The notes: generated by a model from the letters alone, not told the origin. A stretch of DNA of 64,000 nucleotides from [Bacteroides] pectinophilus (GCA_025146925.1 CP102260.1:1847389-1911388); one strand, 5' to 3'; counted from the first letter of the stretch, positions 1-10,800 are shown. Program-made: numbers and translations.

Positions 1-369
1 TATTATTGCATCAACTCTTGCAGTAAGAATCTTCGGGCTGAACGGCTTGGAAATATATTCATCAACTCCGAGTTCAAAGCCCTGAAGTTCGTCACGTTCC
101 TCACCTTTGGCTGTAAGCATTATTATAGGCACTTTTGAATTACGCCTTATCTCCGCGCAGACTTCCCATCCATCCATCTTAGGCATCATCACATCAAGTA
201 TTATAAGCGCAATATCTTTGTCTTCGTAAAATATATCAAGCGCTTCCTCTCCGTTGGCTGCCTCTATAACATCATAATTGTTCCTTGCAAGGAAATCATG
301 AACAAGCTTCCTCATTCTGCTCTCGTCATCCACAACAAGTATCTTCATCTTATCCATATCTAACTCCAT
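1..369 (-). CDS. Response regulator, receiver domain (OmpR/PhoB-type N-terminus); 3' part of the gene lies beyond the window start
   Basis: Minus-strand translation from ATG at 369 reads MELDMDKMKILVVDDESRMRKLVHDFLARNNYDVIEAANGEEALDIF...ILDVMMPKMDGWEVCAEIR...IIMLTAKGEE, the canonical receiver fold (DD, phospho-Asp, T, K). Alternative start at 357 (MDKMKILVVDD). Confidence 0.7.
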   Translation of the reverse strand, partial: MELDMDKMKILVVDDESRMRKLVHDFLARNNYDVIEAANGEEALDIFYEDKDIALIILDVMMPKMDGWEVCAEIRRNSKVPIIMLTAKGEERDELQGFELGVDEYISKPFSPKILTARVDAII

Positions 370-402
370 TCCAATTTTTTAATTGTTCTGTATTTTTGAA
401 TT

Positions 403-1005
403 TTACTTCATATTATTGTCGGAAATGTGAAGTTCCTTCTCTTTTTGTTCAATTACTTTCTGTCTCCGGTCAAGTTCTTCCTGCCATGACGAATATTTGT
501 CCTGAAGCTTTGTCTCATAATTGAGTATATTGGGATTGGAGCTTGTCGCAGTTATAGCAATCATAACAATTATAATAATAACAAGTGCGACATTAATTAT
601 TACTGACTTGTTAAAACGGCTCTTATACATGAACACTTCACGCTGAAGTTCCTTAACTTTTCCTCTGCTGCTAAGCGCTTCCCTTCTGTCATCCATTGCC
701 TGCTGTGTCTCAACATTAATCGGTATCGGTCTTATCTGTCCATTAGGCACTGCCTTGCTCTTGTAAAGCTGCTGCTGGAGCTTCTTAATGTAATCCATCC
801 CGACAGGAGACCTGAATAACTGCTTATCCAGTATATTGTTATAAAGCCTGTACACCTGTCCTATATCATTATAGTCAGCCTTTGATGAAAGATACTTTAT
901 TGCCTCAAGTTCTTCCTTTGCAGCATCAGCCTCTTCTTTTGTCTCGAATGTATATCCGCCAACCACAAAGCCCTTTGAATTCTGTTTAACGTCCGTGTTT
1001 CCCAT
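403..1005 (-). CDS. Hypothetical bitopic membrane protein (N-terminal soluble domain, one TM helix, C-terminal coiled-coil-like tail); likely co-transcribed with the downstream response regulator
   Basis: ORF 403..1038; start refined to MGNTDVK at 1005 because GGAGGG sits 7 nt upstream. Hydrophobic stretch VIINVALVIIIIVMIAITATS. Confidence 0.5.
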   Translation of the reverse strand: MGNTDVKQNSKGFVVGGYTFETKEEADAAKEELEAIKYLSSKADYNDIGQVYRLYNNILDKQLFRSPVGMDYIKKLQQQLYKSKAVPNGQIRPIPINVETQQAMDDRREALSSRGKVKELQREVFMYKSRFNKSVIINVALVIIIIVMIAITATSSNPNILNYETKLQDKYSSWQEELDRRQKVIEQKEKELHISDNNMK

Positions 1006-1023
1006 AGCTGTACCCTCCATCCG

Positions 1024-1063
1024 GCATTGCATCATCACATATCAGCATTGCATCATCACATAT
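1024..1063. repeat. Two tandem direct repeats of gcattgcatcatcacatat (21-nt period) just upstream of the 403..1005 gene; candidate regulator binding site
   Basis: Read directly in sequence at 1024-1042 and 1045-1063. Confidence 0.4.
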
Positions 1064-1296
1064 TATAAACCCACACATAGTCACATATAAAAAATACCGG
1101 GCAAATAAGCGTCTGCAGACCATCCTTTTGGTCATGCATCCGTTGTCTTCGCCCGGTCTCCCACAAATGAACAACAGCCTGCTAAGACTGCCTAACCCCT
1201 TTGGTTATTCTATTGTTCTTTTGTAAATACAATTTTAACATTTTTCAGGAGTAAAATCAATGCTCATTTGTGCAGTTTTTATAAATTAAGTATTAA

Positions 1297-2520
1297 TTAA
1301 ACAGTAATTTTGTGGAAAGTCTTCTTACCCTTCTTAAGTACAAGTCCTTCACCTGCGAATCTGTCCTTTGCAATTACCGCGTTAATGTCTGCAATCTTCT
1401 CTCCATCGAGAGTAATACCGCCCTGTTCAACCGCTCTTCTTGCTTCTGAACGTGATGCAACAATTCCTGTCTTGTGAACAAGTGTAACAATATTAATTGC
1501 GCCGTCCTCAAAGTCAGCATCCTCAAGCTTTGTAGAAGGCATATTAGATGTGTCACCACCGCCTGCGAACAGTGCCTTGGCAGCAGCGTCAGCCTTCTGT
1601 GCCTCTTCCTCGCCATGTACAAGCTTTGTAAGCTCATATGCAAGAATCTCCTTAGCCTTGTTAAGCTGTGAGCCTTCCCAGCTCTCCATCTTCTCAATCT
1701 CCTCAAGAGGAAGGAATGTAAGCATCTTGAGACACTTGATTACATCAGCATCGGCTACATTTCTCCAGTACTGGTAGAACTCATAAGGTGTTGTCTTATT
1801 GGCATCAAGCCATACTGCGCCTGACTGCGTCTTACCCATCTTCTTGCCCTCTGAATTAAGGAGCAGATTAATTGTCATTGCATATGTGTCTTTACCAAGC
1901 TTTCTTCTGATAAGCTCTGTTCCGCCAAGCATATTGCTCCACTGGTCATCTCCGCCGAATTCCATATTACATCCGTACTTCTGGTACAGCATATAGAAAT
2001 CATAACTCTGCATTATCATGTAGTTGAACTCAAGGAAGCTTAAACCTCTCTCCATTCTCTGCTTATAACATTCTGCCGTAAGCATTCTGTTTACGCTGAA
2101 ATGCGGTCCAACCTCACGAAGCACATCAACATAGTTCAGGTTCATAAGCCAGTCTGCGTTATTTACAAGAAGCGCCTTGCCGTCTGAGAAATCAATAAAT
2201 CTTGCCATCTGCTTCTTAAAGCATTCAACATTGTGGTTAATCGTCTCAACCGTCATCATCTGGCGCATATCAGTACGTCCCGAAGGGTCACCTATCATGG
2301 CTGTACCTCCGCCAATCAGTGCTATCGGCTTATTGCCTGCCATCTGAAGTCTCTTCATAAGGCAGAGTGCCATAAAGTGTCCTACATGGAGGCTGTCCGC
2401 CGTAGGGTCAAAGCCAATGTAGAATGTTGCCTTACCGTTATTGATAAGTTCCTTAATCTCATCCTCATCTGTTACCTGCGCGATAAGTCCGCGCGCTACA
2501 AGTTCATCATAGATTGTCAT
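1297..2520 (-). CDS. tyrS: Tyrosyl-tRNA synthetase
   Basis: 407-aa ORF; HIGH-type motif region ([12 protein letters not shown]), KMSKS-like KMGKT, C-terminal S4-like domain. Confidence 0.95.
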   Translation of the reverse strand: MTIYDELVARGLIAQVTDEDEIKELINNGKATFYIGFDPTADSLHVGHFMALCLMKRLQMAGNKPIALIGGGTAMIGDPSGRTDMRQMMTVETINHNVECFKKQMARFIDFSDGKALLVNNADWLMNLNYVDVLREVGPHFSVNRMLTAECYKQRMERGLSFLEFNYMIMQSYDFYMLYQKYGCNMEFGGDDQWSNMLGGTELIRRKLGKDTYAMTINLLLNSEGKKMGKTQSGAVWLDANKTTPYEFYQYWRNVADADVIKCLKMLTFLPLEEIEKMESWEGSQLNKAKEILAYELTKLVHGEEEAQKADAAAKALFAGGGDTSNMPSTKLEDADFEDGAINIVTLVHKTGIVASRSEARRAVEQGGITLDGEKIADINAVIAKDRFAGEGLVLKKGKKTFHKITV

Positions 2521-2885
2521 GTCTTAGTCCTCTTCCTTTTTTAATTCTAAAAAGAGCCCTATCCAAAAGGACGAGGGCTCTTCCCGTGTTACCACCTTTA
2601 TTCACATACAGCTCACGCTGCATATCTTATCAAGTATTGATTGATGTACATTCATACTCAAAGCAGGTTAACGTCTGCCATTCCGTCTTTACCTAGTTAG
2701 TATATACTGATATCGCCACCGTTATTGTCGGTTATTATCAGCTATCATCCAATACTGTTCAGTAAAGCTGCTCAGGGAGGTATTCATTCCGTACTTTCAC
2801 TGCGCCTCTCATCAACCGGCTGCTTTCTGTTGCTTCCGATGCGAAATTACTTATTCCCTTCATTGCATTTGTTTATTCAGATATT
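2521..2885 (-). promoter_or_regulatory. T-box riboswitch leader of tyrS (Tyr specifier); includes the intrinsic terminator at 2551..2585 and the antiterminator T-box sequence
   Basis: Minus-strand RNA contains AAAGGUGGUAACACGGGAAGAGCCCUCGUCC, matching the T-box consensus (GGUGGNACCGCG-like). It is followed by hairpin GAGCCCUCGUCCUUUUGGAUAGGGCUC plus a U-tract. GA-motif-like AGAGGCGC and a UAC-containing loop lie further 5'. Confidence 0.6.
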
Positions 2886-2889
2886 TTGC

Positions 2890-2918
2890 ATTATACATAA
2901 TAGGGCTGATTTCGTCAA
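2890..2918 (-). promoter_or_regulatory. Sigma-A-type promoter for the tyrS T-box leader (TTGACG-17-TATAAT)
   Basis: Minus strand reads TTGACGaaatcagccctattatgTATAAT. Confidence 0.4.
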
Positions 2919-2925
2919 TAGATTT

Positions 2926-3810
2926 TTACATATCACTTTCAAGCAATAATCTCTTCCAATTATCAGGAAATCCCATTGTTACAATATTAACACATTCATA
3001 TTTATCAAATAACAGCTCAATATCATCAACAAATGCCTTCCAATGCGCATCTGTTATCAATAAATGCTTGAGACACAAAAGCACTCCATATATTCTGTTA
3101 TTACTTATCCCTGACTGTGTATATTCTTTGTATAAGATTGGTGTCTTAGTTAACTTTGCATTATACAGCCGTCCATAATGCGCACAAATATTTCTTACAT
3201 ATGCAATGCTTTCAAGCCAGCTTTCAAAATATGTATATCCAACACCAAATGTCTTTGCAACAGCCTTCTTATCCTTGTTAATCATATTTTTATAAAACTT
3301 TGATAATGTTCCAAAGCTAAATAACTCTACAATTGCATAAATTGGTAATTTGCCACCCTCATAATGTTCTCGAAAGTTTCTGACAAATGGTGACTTTGAA
3401 TTTCTTCCAATTTCCAATCTCATATCATTCAAAAATTCAGAATGATATATATCATCTGCGAAATTTTCACATTGTAAATATCCCAACGCTCCATACTGCT
3501 CTGCAAAATAATTTGATACACGGCATCTGACGTTTATTTCAACTTTTTCAATTTGAGGAAATACAAGCTGCCTAAAATTCGCATTAAACAAATATAAGCT
3601 GACTATTTCTTCAAATGTTGTATCTTGATTATAGCATCCGTTTTTTTGTTTCAAATTAAGACTATACGCTTTTATTAATCTGAAATATGAAATATCGTTA
3701 AGTATTTTCCTTGCATATGCCTCATCACTGACAATCAATCCAATGTTTTTTAAATTTGCAATCTGTTCATCAATTGTCATAGGCGGCTGATGTTTCTTCA
3801 AATCCCCCAT
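2926..3810 (-). CDS. Abortive-infection protein, Abi_2 family (AbiD/AbiF-like)
   Basis: 294 aa. N-terminus KHQPPMTIDEQIANLKNIGLIV resembles the conserved Abi_2 N-terminus (lactococcal AbiD/AbiF). RBS GAGGGG sits 7 nt upstream. The gene is markedly more AT-rich than its neighbours. Confidence 0.65.
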   Translation of the reverse strand: MGDLKKHQPPMTIDEQIANLKNIGLIVSDEAYARKILNDISYFRLIKAYSLNLKQKNGCYNQDTTFEEIVSLYLFNANFRQLVFPQIEKVEINVRCRVSNYFAEQYGALGYLQCENFADDIYHSEFLNDMRLEIGRNSKSPFVRNFREHYEGGKLPIYAIVELFSFGTLSKFYKNMINKDKKAVAKTFGVGYTYFESWLESIAYVRNICAHYGRLYNAKLTKTPILYKEYTQSGISNNRIYGVLLCLKHLLITDAHWKAFVDDIELLFDKYECVNIVTMGFPDNWKRLLLESDM

Positions 3811-3833
3811 GCATTATCCCCTCATAATTAAAA

Positions 3834-3880
3834 GACCCAACATGGTCCGCATCGTTGAGAGGCGTGTTGGGTTCTGTTAA
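3834..3880 (-). terminator. Hairpin + U-tract (ACCCAACA..22 nt..UGUUGGGU CUUUUAAUU) between psiE-like gene and the Abi gene RBS; either psiE terminator or leader attenuator of the Abi gene
   Basis: 8-bp perfect stem read on the minus strand, followed by a U-rich run immediately before the Abi RBS. Confidence 0.4.
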
Positions 3881-3885
3881 TAATT

Positions 3886-3914
3886 ATTATATGCAATTTT
3901 ACAGATAAAATCAA
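3886..3914 (-). promoter_or_regulatory. Candidate sigma-A promoter for the Abi_2 gene (TTGATT-17-TATAAT)
   Basis: Minus strand reads TTGATTttatctgtaaaattgcaTATAAT. Confidence 0.35.
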
Positions 3915-3925
3915 CATAATTTTAT

Positions 3926-3968
3926 ATCTAAATATTTCATCTAAATATTTCATCCTAAATATTTTATT
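3926..3968. repeat. Three tandem ~15-nt AT-rich direct repeats (tctaaatatttcatc) upstream of the candidate Abi promoter
   Basis: Read directly in sequence. Confidence 0.3.
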
Positions 3969-3976
3969 TACATGCT

Positions 3977-4378
3977 TTACAAATGGTCAGTCTCATTTTC
4001 CTTCTCATCTGATCTGCGCAGCAGATATTTCCTCGTTGCAAACAGACATGCAATTGCAACCACACTTATAAGTGTCTCAACAGGTGAATAATGCTCAACT
4101 ATCATCTGACGTGCCGTTGCAAACAGAAGTACCTCGATAACAGAGCTTGCTGTATGTCTGCAAAGCATCTTAATAAACTCCGTCGCAACCGCAAGCATAA
4201 GAAGCCTGTTAAGGAAATATCCGAGTGCATCAGCATTATTCCACGAAATGTCCGGATTAATGAGATCCATTGCAACACGTGCAATTCCAAGTGCAATAAT
4301 AATAAATATTATAAGTGATATTACTATCTCTGCAATATACGAAAAATTATATATTCTGTCCTGTATTTTTTTACGCAT
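3977..4378 (-). CDS. PsiE-like small membrane protein (phosphate-starvation-inducible E family)
   Basis: 133 aa, four predicted TM helices, length and hydrophobic pattern fit PsiE; RBS GGAGGA upstream. Confidence 0.45.
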   Translation of the reverse strand: MRKKIQDRIYNFSYIAEIVISLIIFIIIALGIARVAMDLINPDISWNNADALGYFLNRLLMLAVATEFIKMLCRHTASSVIEVLLFATARQMIVEHYSPVETLISVVAIACLFATRKYLLRRSDEKENETDHL

Positions 4379-4398
4379 GGCAATCCTCCGTTCATATA

Positions 4399-4887
4399 TT
4401 AAGTATTCATATCATTATGCTTTCTTATTCGTGCCGCAGCAGCCATTACAACAAGGATTGCCGCAAGCCCTCCTGAAGTATCTATCAGAACATCTGTAAA
4501 CTGTCCGCTCCTTCCCGGAATAAACAGCTGATGTATCTCATCTGAGGACGCATATAAAAATGTTACCGCAAGCCCCATAACATACAGCATTGCGCCCCGC
4601 TGCCCCCATGCATAAAAGCCAATCAGCACAAAACAGGTAAATACCGCATACTCTGTCATATGTGCGCATTTTCTTATCGGGAACTGTAAATCCTCTATCA
4701 TCCTCTGCCGTTCATAATCATCCTCCGGCGAAACTATATTAACTTTTTCAGCAGTCAGGACAATGCATTCAGCCACACGGTTACTCAGCCCCTGTGATTC
4801 ATTGCCGTCCTGTCCCGAAAAGCTGCCAATCATGACCGCCATTACTATTGCAGGAATCCATGCTGCAATTCTGATTAACCACTTCAT
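4399..4887 (-). CDS. VanZ-family membrane protein
   Basis: MKWLIRIAAWIPAIVMAV...HMTEYAVFTCFVLIGFYAW..LYVMGLAVTFLYASSDEIHQLFIPGRSGQFTDVLIDTSGG matches VanZ-like topology and motifs. The 5' extension in the ORF track lacks an RBS. Confidence 0.55.
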   Translation of the reverse strand: MKWLIRIAAWIPAIVMAVMIGSFSGQDGNESQGLSNRVAECIVLTAEKVNIVSPEDDYERQRMIEDLQFPIRKCAHMTEYAVFTCFVLIGFYAWGQRGAMLYVMGLAVTFLYASSDEIHQLFIPGRSGQFTDVLIDTSGGLAAILVVMAAAARIRKHNDMNT

Positions 4888-5023
4888 ATATATCCCCATC
4901 CCACAGGCATAATCCGGCTGCAGGCATATCTGCAATCCGGTCCTCTGCCTGCGTAAAAAAATGTGCATAAAACATGTATCTGCATGCTTTATGCACATTC
5001 TGTATCGTTATACCGGTCAGATA

Positions 5024-6451
5024 TTATACTGACTGTACTCTTATCATGTTAGTAAGACCGCGTCTTGAAGATGTAGGTGATGTAGCAACACCGCCTGTCA
5101 TAACTACTGTATCGCCCTCTTCAATGTAACCAGCATTCTCAGCAACATCAATTGCATGCTGGAAAATCATGTCTGATGAACGTTCCTGAGCAGTCTTAAG
5201 CGGACGTACACCCCAGTAAAGCTGCATCTTACGAAGTACATCCTCATTAGGTGATGCACCGATGATTGTCTGTGCAGGCTTAAGCTTTGAGATAAGTCTT
5301 GCTGTGAAGCCTGACATTGTAGGACAGATAATTGCCTTAGCATTAAGGCTTGCCGCCGTACTTACTGCTGCATTGCTGACAGCGCTTGAGATTCCTCTTC
5401 TGCTGTGAAGCTTTGCATTCTCAAGAAGATGGAGGTCAAGATGCTGCTCTGTTGTCTCAGCAACCTGTGCCATCATCTTAACAGCCTCAAGAGGATACTT
5501 ACCCTGAGCAGTCTCACCTGAAAGCATTACTGCATCTGTTCCGTCATAGATAGCATTGGCAACATCAGTCACCTCAGCTCTTGTAGGACGTGGATTACGC
5601 ATCATTGAGTCAAGCATCTGTGTAGCTGTGATAACAGGCTTATAAGCTGCGTTACACTTCTTAATAATCATCTTCTGGATATGAGGAACATCCTGTGCAG
5701 GAATCTCAACACCCATATCACCACGGGCAACCATGATGCCATCGCTGACCTTGATAATCTCATCGATATTGGCAATACCCTCTGCATTCTCAATCTTGGC
5801 AATTACAGGAATGTCACAGTCATGTGACCAGAGAATCTCCTTAATCTCCTGAATACATGCAGCATTACGAACAAATGATGCTGCGATGAAATCATAACCC
5901 TGCTCGATTGCAAATAAGATATCATCCTTATCCTTATCTGTGATAGCAGGAAGGCGTATGCTTACGTTAGGTACGTTAACACCCTTCTTCTGTCCGAGAA
6001 GTCCGCCATTTATAACCTTACATACAATATCTGTTCCGTTAACTACTTCCTCAACATGAAGTTCGATAAGACCATCATCAATAAGTATTACGTTGCCCTT
6101 GCTTACATCAGCAGGAAGACCCGAATAAGTAATAGATACTTCATTCTCATTACCGACAATATTTCTTGTTGTAAGTGTGAACTTCTGACCATCCTTGATA
6201 TCAAGCTTAATATCGTCCTTAAGGACACCTGTACGGATCTCAGGTCCCTTTGTATCAAGAAGCATAGCGATTGGAATTCCAAGCTCGTCTCTTACGCTCT
6301 TGATTATGTCCACTCTGCCCTTCTGCTCCTCATGATCACCGTGTGAAAAATTGAATCTTGCGATATCCATTCCGGCAAGAGCCATCTGCTTAACAAGCTC
6401 TCTGTCATTGGTGTTCGGACCCATTGTACAAATGATCTTTGTCTTTTTCAT
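5024..6451 (-). CDS. pyk: Pyruvate kinase
   Basis: MKKTKIICTMGP...; full-length PK barrel and C-terminal domain. Confidence 0.95.
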   Translation of the reverse strand: MKKTKIICTMGPNTNDRELVKQMALAGMDIARFNFSHGDHEEQKGRVDIIKSVRDELGIPIAMLLDTKGPEIRTGVLKDDIKLDIKDGQKFTLTTRNIVGNENEVSITYSGLPADVSKGNVILIDDGLIELHVEEVVNGTDIVCKVINGGLLGQKKGVNVPNVSIRLPAITDKDKDDILFAIEQGYDFIAASFVRNAACIQEIKEILWSHDCDIPVIAKIENAEGIANIDEIIKVSDGIMVARGDMGVEIPAQDVPHIQKMIIKKCNAAYKPVITATQMLDSMMRNPRPTRAEVTDVANAIYDGTDAVMLSGETAQGKYPLEAVKMMAQVAETTEQHLDLHLLENAKLHSRRGISSAVSNAAVSTAASLNAKAIICPTMSGFTARLISKLKPAQTIIGASPNEDVLRKMQLYWGVRPLKTAQERSSDMIFQHAIDVAENAGYIEEGDTVVMTGGVATSPTSSRRGLTNMIRVQSV

Positions 6452-6594
6452 GTTATATAATTCCTCCAAACAGATATAATTTCTTGTAATTTGTAACATA
6501 TTTAGAACATACCAAATACTTATATATGTTATACGTTGAATACGTTCCCTGTCAACTCATTTTTGAAAAAATTTGCTGATTATAAACCGATTTT

Positions 6595-7599
6595 CTAATT
6601 ATTGCCATTCCTGACATGCACATGTGTGTAAAGATGGTCACTGCAATACTCGTAATTGCCATCGCACTTTGAGCAGAATCTGAACTCGAGATTCGGCGCA
6701 TCCAGTTCGGTTCTGTGACATACCGCACAGTAGTGCCTTGCCTTCACCGGATTTATCTTCTCAAATCTTCCGTTCTGACTGTCACCTGCCGTACCATGTC
6801 CCTGCTGTACCTTCATTGCCTTGCGGAAGGCCTTCTGTCCTCTTGTTCTTGATGACTTTCTTGTCATAAGCCAGAATACAAGGAAATTAAGCATAGAAAC
6901 AAGTGCTGCCGTTGCATTCACATAAGCGCTGCTGCATATTGATGCAAATGTTGACGAATACGGCAGAAGTCCGAGTGAAACAAACCCGCGCAGCAGCGAC
7001 TGTGCCAATGCCGGACTCGTCTGTGCAAGCACTCCGAGAAGCGGTGACAGATATCCTATGATAATCGTAAGCCCGATATATATTCCATCAAAATACGCCA
7101 GCCACTTTATCTTTATCGGAATTATAAAGAACAAAAGTACCTGTGTATCCGGAGCTATCATTGCAAATGCCATAAAAAGCGCAAGATTGATATAATATGT
7201 GCTCAATGTAAGATTAACACCGAATATAAGGTATATAATGATTGCCGCAGCCACATTAAGAAGTACACCCATAAAGAAATATACATTAAATCTGAATGAA
7301 CCCCATACATTCTCAAGGACGGTTCCTATCATGTAGTACATATACAGTGAGAAGAATATCCAGAAAAAGCTTGTCGACGGCGGCTGAATGATAAATGTTA
7401 CTATACGCCATATCTGCCCGTGAAGTATCGCCTGTGCATTAAGTGAAAGATATGCATCATATACATTAGGGAAGAATGCTTCAAGGATAAATCCGAATGC
7501 ATAAAGTGCAATGATATAATACATCAGGTTCTTTATTGCGTACCTGCCGTATTTGCGTTCCAGTTTGTCAAACCAATTCATACTGTTATTGTCTCCCAT
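6595..7599 (-). CDS. Polytopic membrane protein with rhomboid-like N-terminal region (no GxSG catalytic motif seen) and C-terminal CxxC...CxxC zinc ribbon
   Basis: HGQIWRIVTFII motif resembles the rhomboid/derlin WRL loop. C-terminus has CAVCHRTELDAPNLEFRFCSKCDG. Start uncertain (7599 or 7581). Confidence 0.4.
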   Translation of the reverse strand: MGDNNSMNWFDKLERKYGRYAIKNLMYYIIALYAFGFILEAFFPNVYDAYLSLNAQAILHGQIWRIVTFIIQPPSTSFFWIFFSLYMYYMIGTVLENVWGSFRFNVYFFMGVLLNVAAAIIIYLIFGVNLTLSTYYINLALFMAFAMIAPDTQVLLFFIIPIKIKWLAYFDGIYIGLTIIIGYLSPLLGVLAQTSPALAQSLLRGFVSLGLLPYSSTFASICSSAYVNATAALVSMLNFLVFWLMTRKSSRTRGQKAFRKAMKVQQGHGTAGDSQNGRFEKINPVKARHYCAVCHRTELDAPNLEFRFCSKCDGNYEYCSDHLYTHVHVRNGNN

Positions 7600-7724
7600 T
7601 TATAAAATAATAGTCATTTTAATATTATACGACCTGCATGCTGCTACGTCAATAAAGGGCAGGCAGGCAATAATTTCAAAATTTCAATAAACTAATAAAC
7701 ATTTGATAAACATTTGACTTTAAC

Positions 7725-7753
7725 TTGCTAATTTCGACACCGAGTAATATAAT
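7725..7753 (+). promoter_or_regulatory. Candidate sigma-A promoter (TTGCTA-17-TATAAT) for the 1428-aa gene
   Basis: Read directly; TTGACT also present 10 nt further upstream. Confidence 0.3.
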
Positions 7754-7810
7754 GAGAAATATTGCATAAATCAGGATTTCGTTTCCTATTTATTATGGGA
7801 GGTTATTTAA

Positions 7811-10800
7811 TGAATTCAATCAGCAAAACATACAGACTCGGTATCGACATCGGTTCAACTACCGTCAAGATTGCCGTAATCGATGAAGCTAACAACATTA
7901 TGTTCTCTGATTATGAGCGGCATTTTGCCAATATCCAGGAGACACTGCAGGGACTTCTTACCAAAGCAGTCAGTGAGCTTGGTGAATTTGATGTATACCC
8001 TGTAATTACAGGTTCAGGCGGACTTACTCTTGCCAAGCATCTTGAAGTGCCTTTCACACAGGAGGTCGTTGCTGTATCTACTGCACTGCAGGACTATGCT
8101 CCGCAGACAGATGTAGCCATAGAGCTTGGCGGCGAGGATGCCAAGATAATATATTTCACTAACGGAATTGACCAGCGTATGAATGGTATCTGCGCAGGTG
8201 GTACAGGCTCATTCATTGACCAGATGGCTTCTCTTCTTCAGACTGATGCAAGCGGTCTGAATGAATACGCCAAAAATTATAAGTCAATATACCCTATTGC
8301 CGCAAGATGCGGTGTATTCGCCAAGTCAGACATACAGCCTCTTATCAACGATGGTGCTACTAAGGAAGACCTTGCAGCATCTATATTCCAGGCTGTAGTC
8401 AACCAGACAATAAGCGGTCTTGCATGTGGTAAGCCAATCAGAGGCAATGTTGCATTTCTTGGCGGTCCTCTGCATTTCCTTTCAGAGCTTAAAGCTGCAT
8501 TTGTAAGAACACTTTCTCTTACTCCCGAGCAGACGATAGCTCCTGACCATTCACATCTTTTTGCAGCTGTCGGTTCTGCCATGAATTATAAGGAAGACGT
8601 ATGTGTTCCCGTAGAATCAATAATAAAGAAGCTTGCAGGCAAGATTAAGATGGATTTTGAAGTTGCCCGCATGGAGCCTCTCTTTGAAAATGAGATTGAC
8701 TACGCAGACTTTACCGCAAGACATAACGTACATAAGGTTAAGACCGGTGACCTTGCTGCATATGAAGGCAACTGTTATCTCGGTATTGATGCAGGTTCAA
8801 CAACAACCAAGGTTGCACTTGTCGCTGAGAACGGAGACCTTCTCTACTCCTTCTACAGCAGTAATAACGGTAATCCTCTTGCCACAACAATAAAGGCTAT
8901 CAAGGATATTTACAGTAAGCTTCCTCCACGCGCCAAGATTGTGCAGTCTTGTTCAACAGGTTATGGTGAAGCGCTTATTAAGGCTGCCCTTCTTCTTGAT
9001 GAAGGCGAGGTTGAGACTGTTTCCCATTACTATGCAGCCGCATTCTTTGATCCTGACGTTGACTGTATCATAGATATCGGCGGTCAGGACATGAAATGCA
9101 TCAAGATAAAGAACCAGACTGTAGACAGTGTCCAGCTTAATGAGGCATGTTCTTCAGGCTGCGGTTCATTTATAGAGACATTTGCGAAGTCACTTAATTA
9201 TTCAATTACGGATTTTGCACAGGAAGCTCTCTTTGCCGAGCATCCTATTGACCTTGGTACACGCTGCACCGTATTCATGAATTCAAAAGTTAAGCAGGCT
9301 CAGAAGGAAGGTGCATCAGTTGCCGATATATCTGCCGGTCTTGCTTACTCAGTAATAAAGAACGCTCTTTATAAGGTTATCAAGATTGCCGACCCTAAGG
9401 ATCTCGGTTCACATATCGTTGTACAGGGCGGTACTTTCTACAATGATGCCATTTTAAGAAGCTTTGAGAAGATTACCGGCGTCTCCGTAATCCGTCCGGA
9501 TATTGCCGGTATTATGGGTGCTTTCGGTGCTGCCCTTATCGCCCGCGAGCGTTATGACGGAATCTCTGATTCCTCAATGCTTAGCATCGATAAGATTAAT
9601 GCACTCACAGTTGAGACAAGAATGACAAGATGTAAGGGCTGTACCAACAACTGCCACCTTACAATCAACAGATTCTCCGGTGGCCGCCAGTTCATCACAG
9701 GCAACCGCTGTGAACGCGGACTCGGTCATGAGAAGAATAAGGAGAATATACCTAATCTCTTTGATTATAAGCTTCACAGGCTGTTTGATTATGAGCCGCT
9801 TACTGCCGATAAAGCTCCACGTGGTGTTGTAGGTATTCCGCGTGTTCTTAATATGTATGAGAATTATCCTTTCTGGTATACATTCTTCACACAGCTCGGA
9901 TACCGTGTAGTACTCTCACCTGAATCAAGCCACAAGCTCTATGAGCTCGGTATTGAATCAATTCCAAGTGAATCAGAGTGTTATCCTGCTAAGCTTGCGC
10001 ACGGACATGTAACATGGCTTATAAGACAGGGCGTCAGGTTCATCTTCTATCCTTGTATTCCATATGAGCACAAGGAGATTGAGAATACCAACAACCACTA
10101 CAACTGCCCAATCGTTACTTCTTATGCCGAGAATATAAAGAATAACGTAGAGGAGCTTGTAACTGAGCACATAGATTTCCGTAACCCATTCCTTACATTC
10201 GAGAGCCTTCAGGTTATGTCAAAGCGCCTTGTAGAAGAATTCAGGGCTGAGATACCTGAGAAGGAGATTAAGGCTGCCGCCAAGGCTGCATGGCTTGAGC
10301 TTCTTCAGGCAAAAGACGATGTCCGCAGGAAGGGTGAGGAGACTCTTGAGTACCTTGAGAAGACAGGCAGGCGCGGAATAGTTCTCGCCGGCCGTCCTTA
10401 CCACATTGACCCTGAGATTAACCACGGTATCCCTGAGCTTATCAATTCATTTGGTATCGCAGTGCTTACAGAAGATTCAATCTCACACCTCGGCAAGGTT
10501 GAACGTCCTCTTATCGTAATGGATCAGTGGATGTATCATTCAAGACTTTATGCTGCTGCAAGTTATGTTGCAACTAAGGATAACCTTGACCTGATACAGC
10601 TTAACTCATTCGGCTGCGGTCTTGATGCCGTAACCACAGATGCAGTCAATGACATCCTTACTAAGGCAGGCAAGATTTACACCGTCCTTAAGATTGATGA
10701 GGTTAACAACCTTGGTGCTGCCAGAATCCGTGTACGTTCACTTATCGCAGCACTCCGTGTACGTGATTCCAGGCACTACAAGAGACACATTGAATCCCCT

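Noticed and set aside
1374-1706. 110-aa antisense/alternative-frame ORFs inside tyrS and similar internal ORFs inside pyk, pnp, rnr, the 1428-aa gene, etc.
   Set aside because: Fully embedded in well-supported conserved genes, no RBS, biased low-complexity composition.
3977-4998. psiE-like and vanZ-like genes as part of a defense island with the Abi gene
   Set aside because: Both are common housekeeping-type membrane proteins with GC content matching the core genes; only the Abi gene looks compositionally foreign.
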